From the NCBI RefSeq assembly GCF_009914755.1, contig NC_060925.1: a stretch of DNA of 64,000 nt; one strand, given 5' to 3'. Below, one piece after another: positions 45,307-59,692 of this stretch. Both the position numbers and the translations under genes were made by a program. This stretch comes from the human T2T-CHM13v2.0 reference genome, Homo sapiens. Every line of letters starts with the position of its first letter. The first letter of the stretch is position 1. Under the pieces are notes generated by a model that saw only the letters and a program-made list of their open reading frames with translations, was not told the origin of the DNA and made no database searches.

Positions 45307-45604
45307 ATCTAGATTTTAATAGGTATGCAATGGCTGTGAATTGCTTTTCCATCCCTCCACTTCCTAAACTTGACTCCTCTATTAACCTCAAGAATTTATA
45401 AATGGGATAATAATATCCAGTCCATAGGATATTACAGACATAGTAGGTAAAACACACAGGATGTGTTTCAGGCTGTGAGCCATAAATGTACCCTACAGCA
45501 GCAAATTAGCAGCAGGGACCCTCTGGCCAGGCTCTTTGGGTCAGAGCAATTAGCTGACTCTATCTAAAGTTTGAAGCAGAGTCTTTTATAATATGGAGGG
45601 GGAT

Positions 45605-46050
45605 AGAGTTTAGATTCTCCCAGAAGCCAACCCTGAGACAGAATTTAAGTACTAATAATTTATTTTGAGAGGCCCCAGAAACACCAGTAGAGGAATGAGA
45701 AAGTGACACAGGAAAAGGCAAGCAACCAACATTTGTGTGTTATTAAGCCAGCTCCCACAGTGAGGGACCGCTGCATAATCCCATGAGGAAACTCTGGAAA
45801 ATGCTGTAAAACACATGCCTCAAAACGATCACAGGTACACACACCCAGCAGAGATGCAGGGGTGTTTTATATACAAGCCCCACCAATCATTGGTTGAAGG
45901 CTGCTCCCAGGGGTTATTGCTCCTCCAGTACTTGCAAAGTGGCCTCCCGTAGTTCTGGGGAAAGTCCCAGGAACAGAGCTGCAGGTGTCAGCAGCTGTAA
46001 GCCATAAGCAGCACCCTCAGCTACAGAAAGTCTCGGGGAGAAAGGCACAG
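45605..46050 (-). mobile_element. LTR16-family ERVL LTR
   Basis: ttctcccagaagccaaccctgagaca...ggaaactctggaa...cattggttgaaggctgctccc. Confidence 0.7.
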
Positions 46051-46695
46051 ATCTATCTTAGCACTTTGCCCCAGCCACCCATGACCACACCAAGTCCCAG
46101 TTCAGGCTGCTTGACTCCACTTCCTGAGCTTCTCCAGCTCTCCTGAGCTACCTTGATGGTGCCATGTAAAGGGAAGAGAATTATGGCATCTCCTGAGCTT
46201 TTGGCTTAGGAGGAGGAAATTTGGCAAGGAAGAGCCAGTTTCATCTAAACAAATATTCATTAACCTGTGGCAAGGTAGCCAGGTCTACAAATTTCCTCAA
46301 AGTGATATTAAAATGTATTTATATATAGAGCTAGGTGGTATTTCTATATACATGAATATGTAAATTTCTGGGTTTGTAAGTATCAGTAGTTGAGAATGAG
46401 AATGAGGCAGTGAGTACAGAGCCATGAATTCATAAAATGTTTAAAAGGAGCTCTCTCCAACCTTTTGGTGTGTTATCTTAGTAAGGTATAGTAGACTTGC
46501 TAAGTGTGCTGTAAATTTAAAAGTTTAATGCATCATTTGCTGAAGTTTTTCACTGAGTTTGTTCTAGGAAAGGGCAATGAGGAGAAAGGGATGTCATCTC
46601 AGCCTTTCTCCTTGAGAACAGTGGCATGAATGGCTGCTCCAGTCAGAGCTAGTGTCCCACCCTCTTTCCTGGGCATCCAGAGCTCCTTGCATTGG

Positions 46696-47225
<530 letters not shown>

Positions 47226-47334
47226 TGTGCAATATTCATCATGATATCCATTATGTGCACACACCATACCAATGAGGTACCATCTCCGTAAGCACTGCAA
47301 GACCAGAACACATAGAGGGTAAAGACTTGTCCAG

Positions 47335-47720
47335 GGTATAATAGTTTGCTGGGCTGCCATAAGAGTACTATAGGATGAGTGGCTTAAACGATAGAAATTT
47401 ATTTTCTCACAATTCTGGAGCCCAGAAGTCCAAGATCAAGGTGTTGGTATGATTGGTTTCTACTGAGGCCCCCCTCTTCTTGGCTTCCAGATGACTGTCT
47501 TCTCCCTGTGTCCTCACAAAGTCTTCCCTCCATAGGTGTCTGCATCCTAATCTCCTCTTACAGGGAAACCAGTGATATTGGATTAGGACCCACTCTAATG
47601 ACCTCATTTTACCTTATTGCCTCTCTAAAGCCTTTGTCTCCAAATAAAGTCACGTTCTGAGACACTGGGGTTAGGACTTCAACATATGAATCTTGGGGGG
47701 ACACATTTCAGCCCGTCACA
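47335..47720 (-). mobile_element. MLT1B/MLT1A0-type MaLR LTR inserted in a MIR
   Basis: gggctgccataa...gaagtccaagatcaaggtgt...gttaggacttcaacatatgaa. Confidence 0.88.
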
Positions 47721-48164
47721 CAGAGCAATACAGCAAGTCATTGATGGTTACAGAAATATAACTTGATATTCTCTGGCTTCCCGTCTCTGGCTTGATATTC
47801 TCTGGGGCTTCATTCCAGAGTCATCGTGTCTCTGTCAACTCTTTTTGACAGAGGTGTAAATGGAACTGCAGACGCTAAAAAGAGAAGCAGCAGCTCTGCC
47901 TCACTATTCCTCCTTAGCGAGTCATGTTGCCGTCCCCAAGTGCAGCCAGATTTCCTGTGACACCCCCATAATACTCACTTCCATTGGCTCCTTCAGCAGA
48001 AGAAAGGAGCATCACACCAGAGCCAAGAGTTCACAGATGCCAGTTAGACCCCCTCACTGTAAGTGGCCACCTCCCACCTGACCAACACAAAGAATGAGCT
48101 CCACAAACCCAGCTTCCAGAAACATCTGGGTCATTTCTGTATGATGAAGAAGTGAATATAGTGA

Positions 48165-48302
48165 AGCCCTTTCCATGTCAAATTTCTGCCAGGAAGATGC
48201 TGTGCTTGTCTTCACTCAGGGCACCTAATATATTGTCTGTGTAAATGGAACCTCCTAAAATAGTGCAGTGCGCAACTAGCCCAACTGTCTGGGGCAGCCC
48301 TG
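48165..48302 (-). mobile_element. MER91B/C-like MITE
   Basis: gtgcagtgcgcaac...caactgt...ggcagccctg terminus. Confidence 0.5.
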
Positions 48303-48445
48303 CCGCAGCCTCCACACCCCTTACTCCATGAGTTCTTTCCATGTATTCCCTCCCTTTCCCCTTCTCTCAACCTCTTGCCTCTTCCCAGTTATTTGCTCCA
48401 ATATTAAAACTGTCTCTACCTCATGGCCAATCAACCCAGGGGCAG

Positions 48446-48915
48446 TGCAGTAGTCAGTTTCCAAGATTGCCTCCCACCAAAGATGACTATCACCTCCTGG
48501 AATTCACACCCTTCTGCAGTCACCTCCCACATTGTACCAGGTGACTGATAGAATACTGCTGAAATGATGGTATGTCACTTCTAAGGTCAAGTTATAAAAG
48601 TCACTGTCTTCTGTCTTGGTTGCTTCCCCTCTCTCTCCCTTGGATCACTCCATCTGGAGGAAGTCATGTCATCAGAAGCCCTAGGGTAAGACCCACATAG
48701 CAAGAACTAAAACTTTCTGCCAACTGACACATGAATGAGCTTGGAAATAAATCCTCCAGACTTAGGCAATGTTCAGATGACTGCAGCCCTGGCTGACCTG
48801 CAGCTAAACTGCTCCTGGATTTCTGACCCACAGAAACTATGAGATAATAAATGTCTGTTGTTTTAAGTCGATAAGTTGGGAGTCATTTGTTACACAGCGG
48901 TAGATAACTAATACA
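48446..48915 (+). mobile_element. MLT1F-type MaLR LTR
   Basis: cagatgactgcagccctggctgac, gacccacagaaact-tgagataataaatg; ends gataactaataca; TSD ggcag / gggag. Confidence 0.85.
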
Positions 48916-49035
48916 GGGAGACTACATGTTGGACCATATTAAGGTCAGCCCCTCACAGAATCACCTCCACTAAACTGTGTTTGGACATTCTGCCCCAACT
49001 TTTTTCAGCAGTGGTGATGAGAAACAGCCATATAA

Positions 49036-49390
<355 letters not shown>

Positions 49391-49659
49391 TGTTTACTGC
49401 TTCTTTACCTTGGTGGTCATCTTTGTAAGGAGCCATGTGAGAAACACTTTAAGAGTTTAGTACAGGGGTTGCTCTTATTTAGGCATTCATTACCTGAACC
49501 CCTGCCATGACTAGGTCATCTAGGGCAGCAGAGGTCGCCACTTAGGACATGAGTCCTCAGTCTTTCACATCCCTCCCACACTCCCACTAGGGTCTATTCC
49601 TTCCTGTCCCATCAACGTCTTCATTGCTCAGTGTCTCACTGGTTGACAGATGATCAATA

Positions 49660-50200
49660 CCCTGGGAATACAATGCAAGTTGATTGCAAAAGTATAATTG
49701 AAAATATCGCCAAAAAATGGGGGGGCAGGATTTCATAAAATCTATGAAAGTGAAGGGGAAGGACTGCTGGCGTCACATGCAAAGGCTTTGACAAATCAGT
49801 ATTTGGGAGAGTTCGAGCAGTTAACAACTCAAGAGGAGAAAACAGCAAGGGCGATGATACTGTGAAGACTTTGAAAGAGAATGGTTTGAATATCAAAGGA
49901 ATAAGAGACGCTCTTGAGAAAATTGATAGAGTGTTCAAAGAGTTTTGGAAAAAAAAACACCCTTTTTATGATCATGCTGCCAAAGTCAAACATGAATTTG
50001 AGAATGTTATTTCATTCTATTATATACTTTTGTTGGAAAAATTCTACCAAAAAAATTCAGCAGTTGGTTCACCCTATTCATCCAAAGAGTGGGCAGATAG
50101 TTACATATACAACTTCAATTTTAAGTGTGAAATAAAATAAACTTATTTTAATAATATTTTATTTTTTAAGATGCATTCTAACTTTGATCCATTTTTGGAG
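49660..50200 (+). pseudogene. Decayed pogo/Tigger transposase C-terminus and 3' end of an ancient Tigger element
   Basis: Frameshifted translation IENIAKK..AGFHKIYESEGEGLLASHAKALTNQYLGEFEQ..LNIKGIRDALEKIDRVFKEF..HPFYDHAAKVKHEFENVISFY matches the Tigger C-terminal pattern. Confidence 0.7.
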
Positions 50201-51229
50201 GGGTTCCCTTTTTTAAGGGCAATTTAAACTACCCTTTTCTACTTTCAAGCATCCTGAGGTATCAAAGGCCAACTCTAGATGGGGAAAAAATGCATATCTT
50301 GAGGAACAGGCTTGTGGCTTTCATTCTAATTATCTGAGCTTTACAGCTTCTGTATTTCACTTTTTGCCTGGAATTCCAAGAGGCTAAGCTAAATTTTGTT
50401 ATGATCATGTTTTATTAATAGTTCCTCTTTTATCCTTGGTGCCAATTTTTCCTTGGGATCTATCCTTTACTGAACCAATTGAATAATATATTTTATATAT
50501 TATATTATATGTAAATTATCTGTGGATGTATATTTATATATATAACATATATAAAATATATCAATTATCTGTGGATAAAATATATCAATCCTACTGTAGA
50601 AAGAGGTGAATTATTGACAGACTCTGAAGCTGCTCTCTGGAAGATCACTAGGGGCTTTCTACTTGCTTCATTAAGTGGCCTTTCCCTGCTTCTCGTCGTG
50701 CTCAGCCTCTTGAAAGCCTTTCTCTGCCCTCTTCCCTCGGCTTTTTCTAGCACATAATACTCTGGCTAGTTTTTCTCTTACTTTTCTGTCCTCTCCTTCT
50801 CGGCTCCCTTTTCCCAGTGTAAAAATCTCCCTGCCTGAAATGTTTGTTTTCTTTCCAGATGTTTCCAGATGGTGTCTAGAAAACTAGAGTGGCCCAAGAG
50901 CCATAGTGTCAAGTCAACAAAGTTGGCATTAAGACCATGCTAGGGTTATGTATTCTGATGCCACTCTCCTTACCCCACCCTGGCATATACTCATTTTGGT
51001 TTTTTAGCTTATTATGAAATATTTGAGGTATACAAAAAGCTATAAAGAATAATGCAATGAATACCTGTGTGCCCTACCCATCTTAAGCAATAAAACATTA
51101 CTAGAGGTGAAGCCTTCCATCTCCAGCTCATTTTCAATTATTACAAAAAGCTGGCAAAAGGGATCGTATTTGAGGGATGGCTGGGGGTATTATAAACAAC
51201 AACAAGCATAAAGGCTGTAATTCTTAGCT

Positions 51230-51580
51230 TACATGTGCTTCCACATTCATTTACTCCCACCTACAGTCTGAGAAGGTATCTATTGTTCTTCCTATCTAAG
51301 GATGAGAAAATAGATTCCTAGACATCTGATGTGGTAGTGTGCAGGGGTTAAGACATGGACCACGAAGCCAGATTACCTGGACTTGAACCCTGGCTCCAGT
51401 ACATGCTGATGCTTACATATTTTCTGTGTCTAGATTTCTCATCTCTAAAATGGAGGTGATGCTAGATTTACTTTTTGTAAAGATGAAATATATGTCAAGA
51501 AGAGAGACTGTCACATTGTAAGTGCTATATAAGTGTTTGCTGCTGCTGACACTACCACTATTACTATCATGATTATTATT
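51230..51580. mobile_element. Two adjacent MIR fragments (- then +)
   Basis: ggatgagaaaatagattcctaga; ggttaagacatgg...ttgaaccctggctcc...ctcatctctaaaatggag. Confidence 0.75.
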
Positions 51581-52564
51581 ATCTGAGTTGTCCAGTAAAG
51601 AGAGCTGCATTCTTCCATATAATTCTCTTCCACTAAGGGTCTTGAATGCTTATAGCTATAGCTAATCAGCTCTCACCTCAAGCTCTAGATCCAATCATTA
51701 GGTACTTGGGAGAATTGAAGATTCCTCTAGCTTATTGTTCATGATTCATCCTTGCCAGCCTGGTGCTGGGTCCTATTCTGACTTTGTGCCCCATCAACAA
51801 TGGGATCTGGCTCATGCCTCAGTCTCCATTCTCCTAGGGCTGTGAAGAATAGGAAACAGCTGGATGTCCCTGGAGCTGACCACCTGCCAAGACTACTCAT
51901 CATTCTTCTCTCCCAGCATCTCCTTGCCTGGCTGGTGGGATGCCTTTGGCCTTCTAATAATACACATTCAAATACCTTTGCCCAGTAAGCATGTCTAACC
52001 TCTGGATCTGAGACCTCCCCAGCCTACATCAGCCCACCACTACATCTTCTTCTGACAAGCATCACCCAGTTTGAGAATGGCAGTTCTTTATTTATTTATA
52101 CAAAGTTCTACTTTCCCTTTTAACTACATAATTAGAATTCAAAAAAAAAAAATCTGTGGTCTCTTGCTAATCAGACTCTTGCCTTGGCATTTGCCCACAG
52201 AGCTCATAAGCAATCCAAAGCACTGAGCTGGGTTAGTCCTTCACACAAATGCAACTGTGCTTTTATTGCTGCCATAATTTTGAGTTGCTGAGTAATGAGA
52301 TTGATCTCTCAGAGAAGTAAAAGGCAAATATGTGGCCACTCAGCAGCCAAATCTTACTTCTTTAAAATTTGGTACTGCCAAGGTCTATGTCTTGTTTTTA
52401 GTCATTTCTGGAAATGGCAACCTCAACAGTCAGGAGGTTTAAGTGGTATTCAAACTAAACAGACTCAACCTAGTCCTATTTATTCTTTTAAAAATTTGTC
52501 ATGGAGGGCTGAACTTTCAGAGAGGCAGGGTAAAAATCTTGGCAGACTTTCTCCCAAAGAAACA

Positions 52565-55500
52565 AAAATTTGGTGAAAATTGTATTTTAGAAATAATCTG
52601 GAAATTGCCCTAAGAGTATAAGGCAAAGGGGGAAATAGTCATTCAGGAAAATCTACCTAATCTTCGTAAGAACAGTGAGAGTCTATGGCATCTGAGCCAA
52701 AACCCATCCCCTTCCCTGTCCCCCGACAACCTCATACCCAGATCCATATTACAGAAGCTCTACCCCAAACTGGTGTGGCCAAGAAGAAGGCTCCCACTCC
52801 CCTCAGCTGCCAGTCTGGGACTAGGATTTCACCCTGGCAGGGGCTGACCACTGGCCTTTCTAATCTCTAGCCCCATGTTGCAGAATTTCTATTATGGTTG
52901 ACACTGCAGAGAAGACCAGCCTCCCTTCCCCCACCCAGACCCATTCATAGGACAGAAGCTCTACACTAAGCACAGCAGGCCAAGACTACTGGGGCCCCAG
53001 CCCCAGCCCTAGCTTACTTGTAGAAAAAAGTTTCCCTGTTACTAAAGAAGAATATTTTATATTGGCAAGAGTCTCTCCATCTGAGAGATATAACAATTAT
53101 AAATATGTATGCATCTAACAACAGAGTCCCATCCGAAATACATAAAGCAAAAACTGACAGAATTGAAATAGGCAATTCAACAATAATGGTTGGAGACTTC
53201 AATACTCTCAACTTTCAGTAATGGATGGAATGACTAGGCAAAAGAGCTAGAAGGAAATAGCAGACTTGAACAATACTATAAGCCAACTAGACCTAAAAGA
53301 CATCTGTAGAACACTCCGCATTATGGCAGCAGAATACACATTCTTCTCAAGCACACATTGGAACATTATTTAGGATATACCTCAAAGTAAGCCAAAAAAT
53401 AAGCCTCAATAAATTTAAAAGGATTGGAATTATACAAAGTAAAATATGTTTTCTGACCACAGGGGAATCAAATTAGAAATCAATAATAGAAGAAAATTTG
53501 GGAACTTCACAAATATGTGGAAATTAAACAACACACTAGCAAAATCACCTGTGGGCAAAGAAGAAATCACAAGGAAAATTTAAAAATTCTTCGAGATAAA
53601 TAAAAACAAATACACAACATACCAAAACTTATAAAATGCAGCTAAAGTAGTGGTCAGAGGAAAATCTATAGCTGAAAATGCCTAAACTTTAAAAATATGA
53701 AAGATCTCAAATCAATAAACTTTCACCTCAAGAAACCAGAAAATAAAAACAAACTAAACCCAAACAAGCAGAAAGAAGGAAACAAGAAAGATTAGATTTA
53801 AAAAATGGAATAAAGAATAGAAAACAATAAAGAAAAAAGTTAGTTCTTTGAAAAGATCAACAAAATTGATAAACTTTTAGCTAATGTTACCAAAAAAAAA
53901 ATGGGAGGGGGGAAGGAAGGCTCAAATTATGAAAATCAGGAATGAAAGAGAGGACATCACTACCAACCTTACAGAAATAAATATATATATATAAAAGAAT
54001 CCTATAAACAATTAAATGCCAACAAATTAGATGAATTAGGTGAAATGTGTAGAAAGACATAAATTACCAAAACTTATCCAAGAAGAAATAGAAAATATGA
54101 AAACACCTGTAACAAGTAAAGAAACTGAATTAATAGTTTTAAAACTTTTCATGAAGAAAAGCCCAGGCATAAAAGATTTCACTGGTGAATTCTACCAAAC
54201 ATTCAAAGAAGAAGCAATACCAGTGCTTCCTAAAATCTTCCCAAAAATAGAAGAAGACTACTTCCCAACTAATTCTGTGAAGCCAGTATTACCCTGATAT
54301 TAAAAATAAAAAAAACACACAAAAGAAAACTATAGACTAATATCTCTCATTAATATACTTACATAAATCCTTAACAAAATATTAATAAACTGCAGCAGCA
54401 TATGAAAAGGATTATACACTATGATTGAATGGGATTTATTCCAAGAATGCAAGTTGATTTAATATTTGAAAATCAATTCAGGTCATATACCATATTAATA
54501 GAAAAAGGGACAAGAAATTATCATTTCAAAAATGCAGAAAAAGAATTTGAAAGAATTCAATGCCCTTTCAAATTAAAAATACTCAACAAATTATGAGAAG
54601 AAAGCCTCCTCAACATGACAAAAGACGTGTAAGAAAAAAACACAGTTCACAGTACATTTAATGGTGAAAATCCGAGTATTTTTCCCCTAATATCAAGAAG
54701 AAAACAAGGACGTCCACTTTTGCCATTTTTATTCAACATTCTACTAGGATTCTAAAGTTTTAGCCAGAATAAATAGGCAAGAAAATTGGGGGGAAAGGTA
54801 AGTACATTGGAAAGAAAGAAGTCAAACTATCTCTATTTCAGATGACACAGTCTTGTAGATAGAAAATCCAGAAGAATTCACTAAAAAAATTAAAATTAAA
54901 TAAGTTCAGCGAAGATACAAGATCAATATTTAAAAATAAGTTTTCTTTCCATACACAGGCAATAAACGTCCTGAAAATAAAGTTAAGAAAACAAACTCAT
55001 TTACAATAGCATCAAAAAAATACTCAGGAATAAATTTAACAAAAGAATTGCATGATTTGTACACTGAAAACTATAAAATAGTGTTGAAAGAAATTAAAGA
55101 ATATCTAAACAAATTGAAAGACATCCATGTTCATGGATTGAAAGGCTTAACATTGTTAAGATGGCAATACTCCCAGATTGATCTACAGGGTTAACACAGT
55201 CCCTGTCAAAATATCAACTTGCCTTTTTTGCAAAAGTGGAAAAGCCAATCTTCAAATCACATGGAAATTCAAGAGACCTAAAATAGCTAAAACAATCTTT
55301 AAAAAGAACAAAGTTGGAAGACTCACATTTCCGGATTTCAAAACTTGCTACAAAATTACAGTGCTATTAAAACAGTGTGGTACTGGCATAAGGACAGACA
55401 TAAAGATCAATAGAATTGAATTGAAAGTACAGAAATAAACCCTTACATTTGTGGTCAATTGATTTTCAACAAGAGTGCCAAGACAATTCAAGGGAGAAAG

Positions 55501-56875
55501 AACAATCATTCAACAAATAGAACTAAAACAACTGGATATTCACATGCAAATGAATAAATTTGGACTCCTACCTCATAAAACACAAAAAAAAAACCACCCC
55601 AAAATGGATCATAGACATAAATGTAAGTGTTAAAACTCTAAGACAAAAACTAGGAGTAAATCCTTGGAAACTTTGATTAGATAATATTTCCTTCTTTCTG
55701 CTTATTTTGGGTTTAATTTGCTTTTATTTTTCTACTTTCTTAAGGTTTTTATATACTGTACCAAAAGCACAAGCAGTAAGAGAAAAAACCTGGCAAATTG
55801 GACTACATCAATATTAAAAAATTTATGTTATGAAAAATGTCATCAAGAAAGTGAAACAACAACCCACAGAATGAAAGAAAATATTTACAAATTTTCTATC
55901 TAATACAGAACTTGTAACCAGCATGTATTTTTAAAATCTCTTATGAATCAATAATAAAAATACAAATAACCCAATTTTAAAATGGACAAAGGATCTGAAT
56001 AGACATTTTTCCAAGAGAGATATACAAATGGCCAAGAAGCGCATAAAAAGATGTTCGACATCATTAGTAATCAGGGAAATGCAAATCAAAATCACAATGA
56101 GATACCGCCTTACAACGATTAGGATGGCTGTAATTTCAAAAGACAAGCAATAACGAGTGCTGGTGAGGATGAGGAGAAATTAGAACCCTCCTACCTTGCC
56201 AATATGATTTGTAAAACAGTGCAATCACTTTGGGTAACAATATGACAGTTCGTCAAAATGTTTCACGTAAGTTATTCAGTAATTTCGCTCCTATGCATAT
56301 ACCTAAGAGAAATGAAAACATACATTCATACAAACACTTGTACAAAAATGTTCATAGTAGCATTATTTATAATAGCCAAAAAGTAGAAACAATACAAATG
56401 TTCATCAACTGGTGAATGGATAAATAAAATGTGGTATATCTATACAGTAAAACATTATTCTAATTAAAAAGAAAGAACGTACCAATATGTGCCACAATAT
56501 GGATGAACCTTGAACACATAACAATGTTTCAAAAAAAAGAAAGAAGCAAGTCACAAAGACCATATATTGTATTTATATAAAATGTTCATTTATATAAAAT
56601 GTCCAGAAATGTCCAGAATAGGAAAATCGATAGACACAAAAAGTATGTTAGTGGTTACCTAAGACTGGAGTAGGAGGCAGGGACATATAAGGAGAGACTA
56701 CTAATGTGCATGGAGTTTATTTGGGGATACAAATATATTCTAAAATTAGATAGTAGTGATGGTTGTGCAAACTTATCAACATACTTCATTCAATGTACAA
56801 AAAACATTGAATTCTATAACCTAAATGGGTTAATTTTATGGTGTATCAATTAAGTCTCCATAAAGCTATTAAAAA
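52565..56875 (+). mobile_element. L1MB-type LINE: 5'UTR fragment joined to ORF2 and 3'UTR, ORF1 missing
   Basis: ORFs KLPKLIQEEIEN..KSPG..FTGEFYQTFKEE and IAKTIFKKNKVGRLTFPDFKT; 3'UTR ttctaaaattagatagtagtgatggttgt...ataaagct. Confidence 0.85.
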
Positions 56876-56879
56876 TTAT

Positions 56880-58620
56880 CATGGTTCATGGGTAAGAAGA
56901 CTCAATATTGTTAAAGTGTCAGCTCTTCCCAACTTAATCTATAGATTCAACACAATCCCAATGAAAACCCCAGCAAGTTATTTTGCAGATATCAATGGAC
57001 TGATTCTAAAGGGAGCCAAAAGACCCAAGATAACCAAAACAATATTGAAGGAGAAAAATAAAGCAGAGGACTGACACTACTTAACTTAAAGACTTACTAT
57101 AAAGCAATAGTGATCAAGACAATGTGGTATTGGTGAACGACTAGACAGACTAATGGAACAGAACAGATAGATCCACCTAAACACAGTCAACTGATCTTTA
57201 ACAAAGAAGCAAAGGCAACTCAATGGAGAAAAGACAGTCTTCTCAACAAATGATGCCTGAACAACTGGATATCCACATGCAAAAAGCTGAATTTTGACAC
57301 AGATCTTATATCTTTCACAAAAGTTAACTCAAAATGAAACACAGACCTAAATGTAAAAGACAAAACTATAAAACACCTGGAAAATAACATAGGAGAAAGA
57401 CTAGATGACCTTGGGCTTCACAATGACCATTTAGGTACAACAAAACAGTATAATCATTGAAAGAAAAAAAAAAAAGATCAGTTGGACTTCACTAAAGTTA
57501 AAAACTTCTAATTGACAAAAGACACTGTTAAGAGACTGAAAAGATAAGCCACAGACTGGGTGAAAACATTTGCAAAACACATATCTGATAAAGTAATTGC
57601 GTGTAAAATATGCAAAGAACATTTAAAACTCAACAATGAGGAAAGAACTACCCCAATTAAAAAATGGGCAAACAATCTGAATAGACACCTCACCAAAGAA
57701 GATATATAAGTGATAAATAAGCTGTTCATTATCACATATCATTGGGGAATTGCAAATTAAAACAAAGCGATAATATATCAAATGTTGACAAGGATGAGGA
57801 GCAACAGGAACTCTCATTTATTGCTGGTGGGAATGCAAAATAATACAACCACATTGGAAAACAGTTTGGCAGTTTCTTACAAAACTAGCTATACTTTTAC
57901 CATATGATCCAACGATCATGTCCCTTGGTATTCACCCACATAAGTTGAAAACATGTCCACACAAAAACCTGCACACACAAATGTTTATAGAACCTTATTC
58001 ATAATTCCAAAAACTTGGAGACAACCAAGATGTCTTTCAATACCTGAATGGATAAACAAACTATGTCATATCCATTCAATGGAATATTTTTCAGTGATTA
58101 AAAATAAGTGAGCTACGAAGCCATGTAAAGACATGGACAAACCTTAAGTGCATATTAATAAGTGAAAGAAGCCAATCTAAAAATGTTTCCACAATGTATG
58201 ATTCCAACTACTGTAAATAATATTCTGGAAAAGGCAAAACCATGGAGACAGTAAAAAGATCAGTGGTTTCCAGGAGTTTGGGAGGAGGGAGGAATGAATA
58301 GGTGGAGCCTAAGAAATTTTAAGGCAGGGAAAGTATTTTGTATGGTACTATAGTGGTAGACATATGCCATTAAACATTTATCAAGATTCATAGAATGCAC
58401 AACATAAAGAGTGAACCCTAATCTAAATTACAGACTTAGCTATTAATAATGTGTAAATATTGGCTCACCAATTGTCACAAATGTACCACACTAATGCAAG
58501 ATGTTAATAATAGGGAAAACTGGGGGTGGGAAGAGGGGATATGGGAATTCTTTATACTTTCTACCCAGTTTTTCCATAAACCTTGAACTACTCTAAAAAA
58601 TACAATCTATTATATTTTAA
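56880..58620 (+). mobile_element. L1MC1/2-like 3' portion
   Basis: ORF SWVRRLNIVKVSALPNLIYRFNTIP; 3'UTR gagtgaaccctaa...aaatgtaccacactaatgcaagatgttaataataggg. Confidence 0.85.
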
Positions 58621-59017
58621 ATGTTCCCCAGTTATTTCTTATATGCAGTCCTGTTGCATATCACCAATCTAAGCACATAAATATTCTTCATTCTTCAGAG
58701 TTAACATTTGTTCTTGTCACTTTTCACAAATAAAATAAGCAGATAATGTTTTTAAATTATCATATAATATTTGGTGCATCCAAAAGATTTCACATAACCT
58801 ACATGTGAATTATACAGCATGATAATAAAGTGAATATCCATTTAAAAACTAGAATACTATCAGTATTGTTGCATCCACCTGTATGCTTCTCTTATATCCC
58901 ATCTTCTTCCTTCCCTCAGTGGGAATAACCATATTCCTGAATTCTGCATTTATCATTCTCGTGCTTCTTGGCATTAGGAGGGCAGCTCTGGAGCCTCATT
59001 GTCTAGATCGTTGCTAC

Positions 59018-59554
59018 TGTTGTAGGCAGCTTCTAAAATGGCCTCCAGTGATCCCAGCCACCTGGTATTCATGCCTTTATATAATCCCCTCCCCTTGAAT
59101 GTGGGTTGGACCTAAGGACTTTCTTCTAATGAAAAGAATATAGCAACCTTGATGGGATGTCACTCCCAATATTGAGTTGCAGAAAGATATCTTAGCAGCC
59201 ATCTTGCTCTCTCTTCCTTAATTGCTCTTTTATTCACTGTAGTGGAAACCAACTGCCATGTCCTACAGAAAGGCTGACATGGCAAGAAACAGACAGACCC
59301 TCCATCAAATAAGCCCAAGGGACTGAATCCTACCAATTGCCAGTAAATGAGCTTGGAAGTAGATGCTTCTCCAATCAAGCCTTAAAATGACTGCAGTCTC
59401 TGAAGACACTTTGCAGCTTTGTGAAAAACCCTGAGTTAGAGAACCCACCTAGCCACACCTAGATTTCTGAGCAGCAGAGACTGAGATACATGGTGTTATT
59501 TTAAATTGCTAAGTTTGAGGGTAACTTATTATGTAGCAATAGATAACTAATATG
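59018..59554 (+). mobile_element. MLT1E/F-type MaLR LTR inserted in a MIR
   Basis: aggcagcttctaaaatggcc...cctccccttgaatgtggg...gcaatagataactaata. Confidence 0.85.
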
Positions 59555-59692
59555 GGCATATATCAGCTATGTGATCTTGGGAATTACCTATAAACTCTGT
59601 GTGTCAATTTCATAGATATAAAATAGGTAAAATAATGGTACTTTCCTTGTGGGTTTTAGAGAGGAAAAAATAAATGTATACATAAAAAAGCT

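Noticed and set aside
47762-47804. 15-bp direct repeat cttgatattctctgg
   Set aside because: Ordinary short slippage duplication with no further structure
49523-49541. CTCF-like motif ggcagcagaggtcgccac
   Set aside because: Mismatches at core positions; cannot be supported without ChIP data
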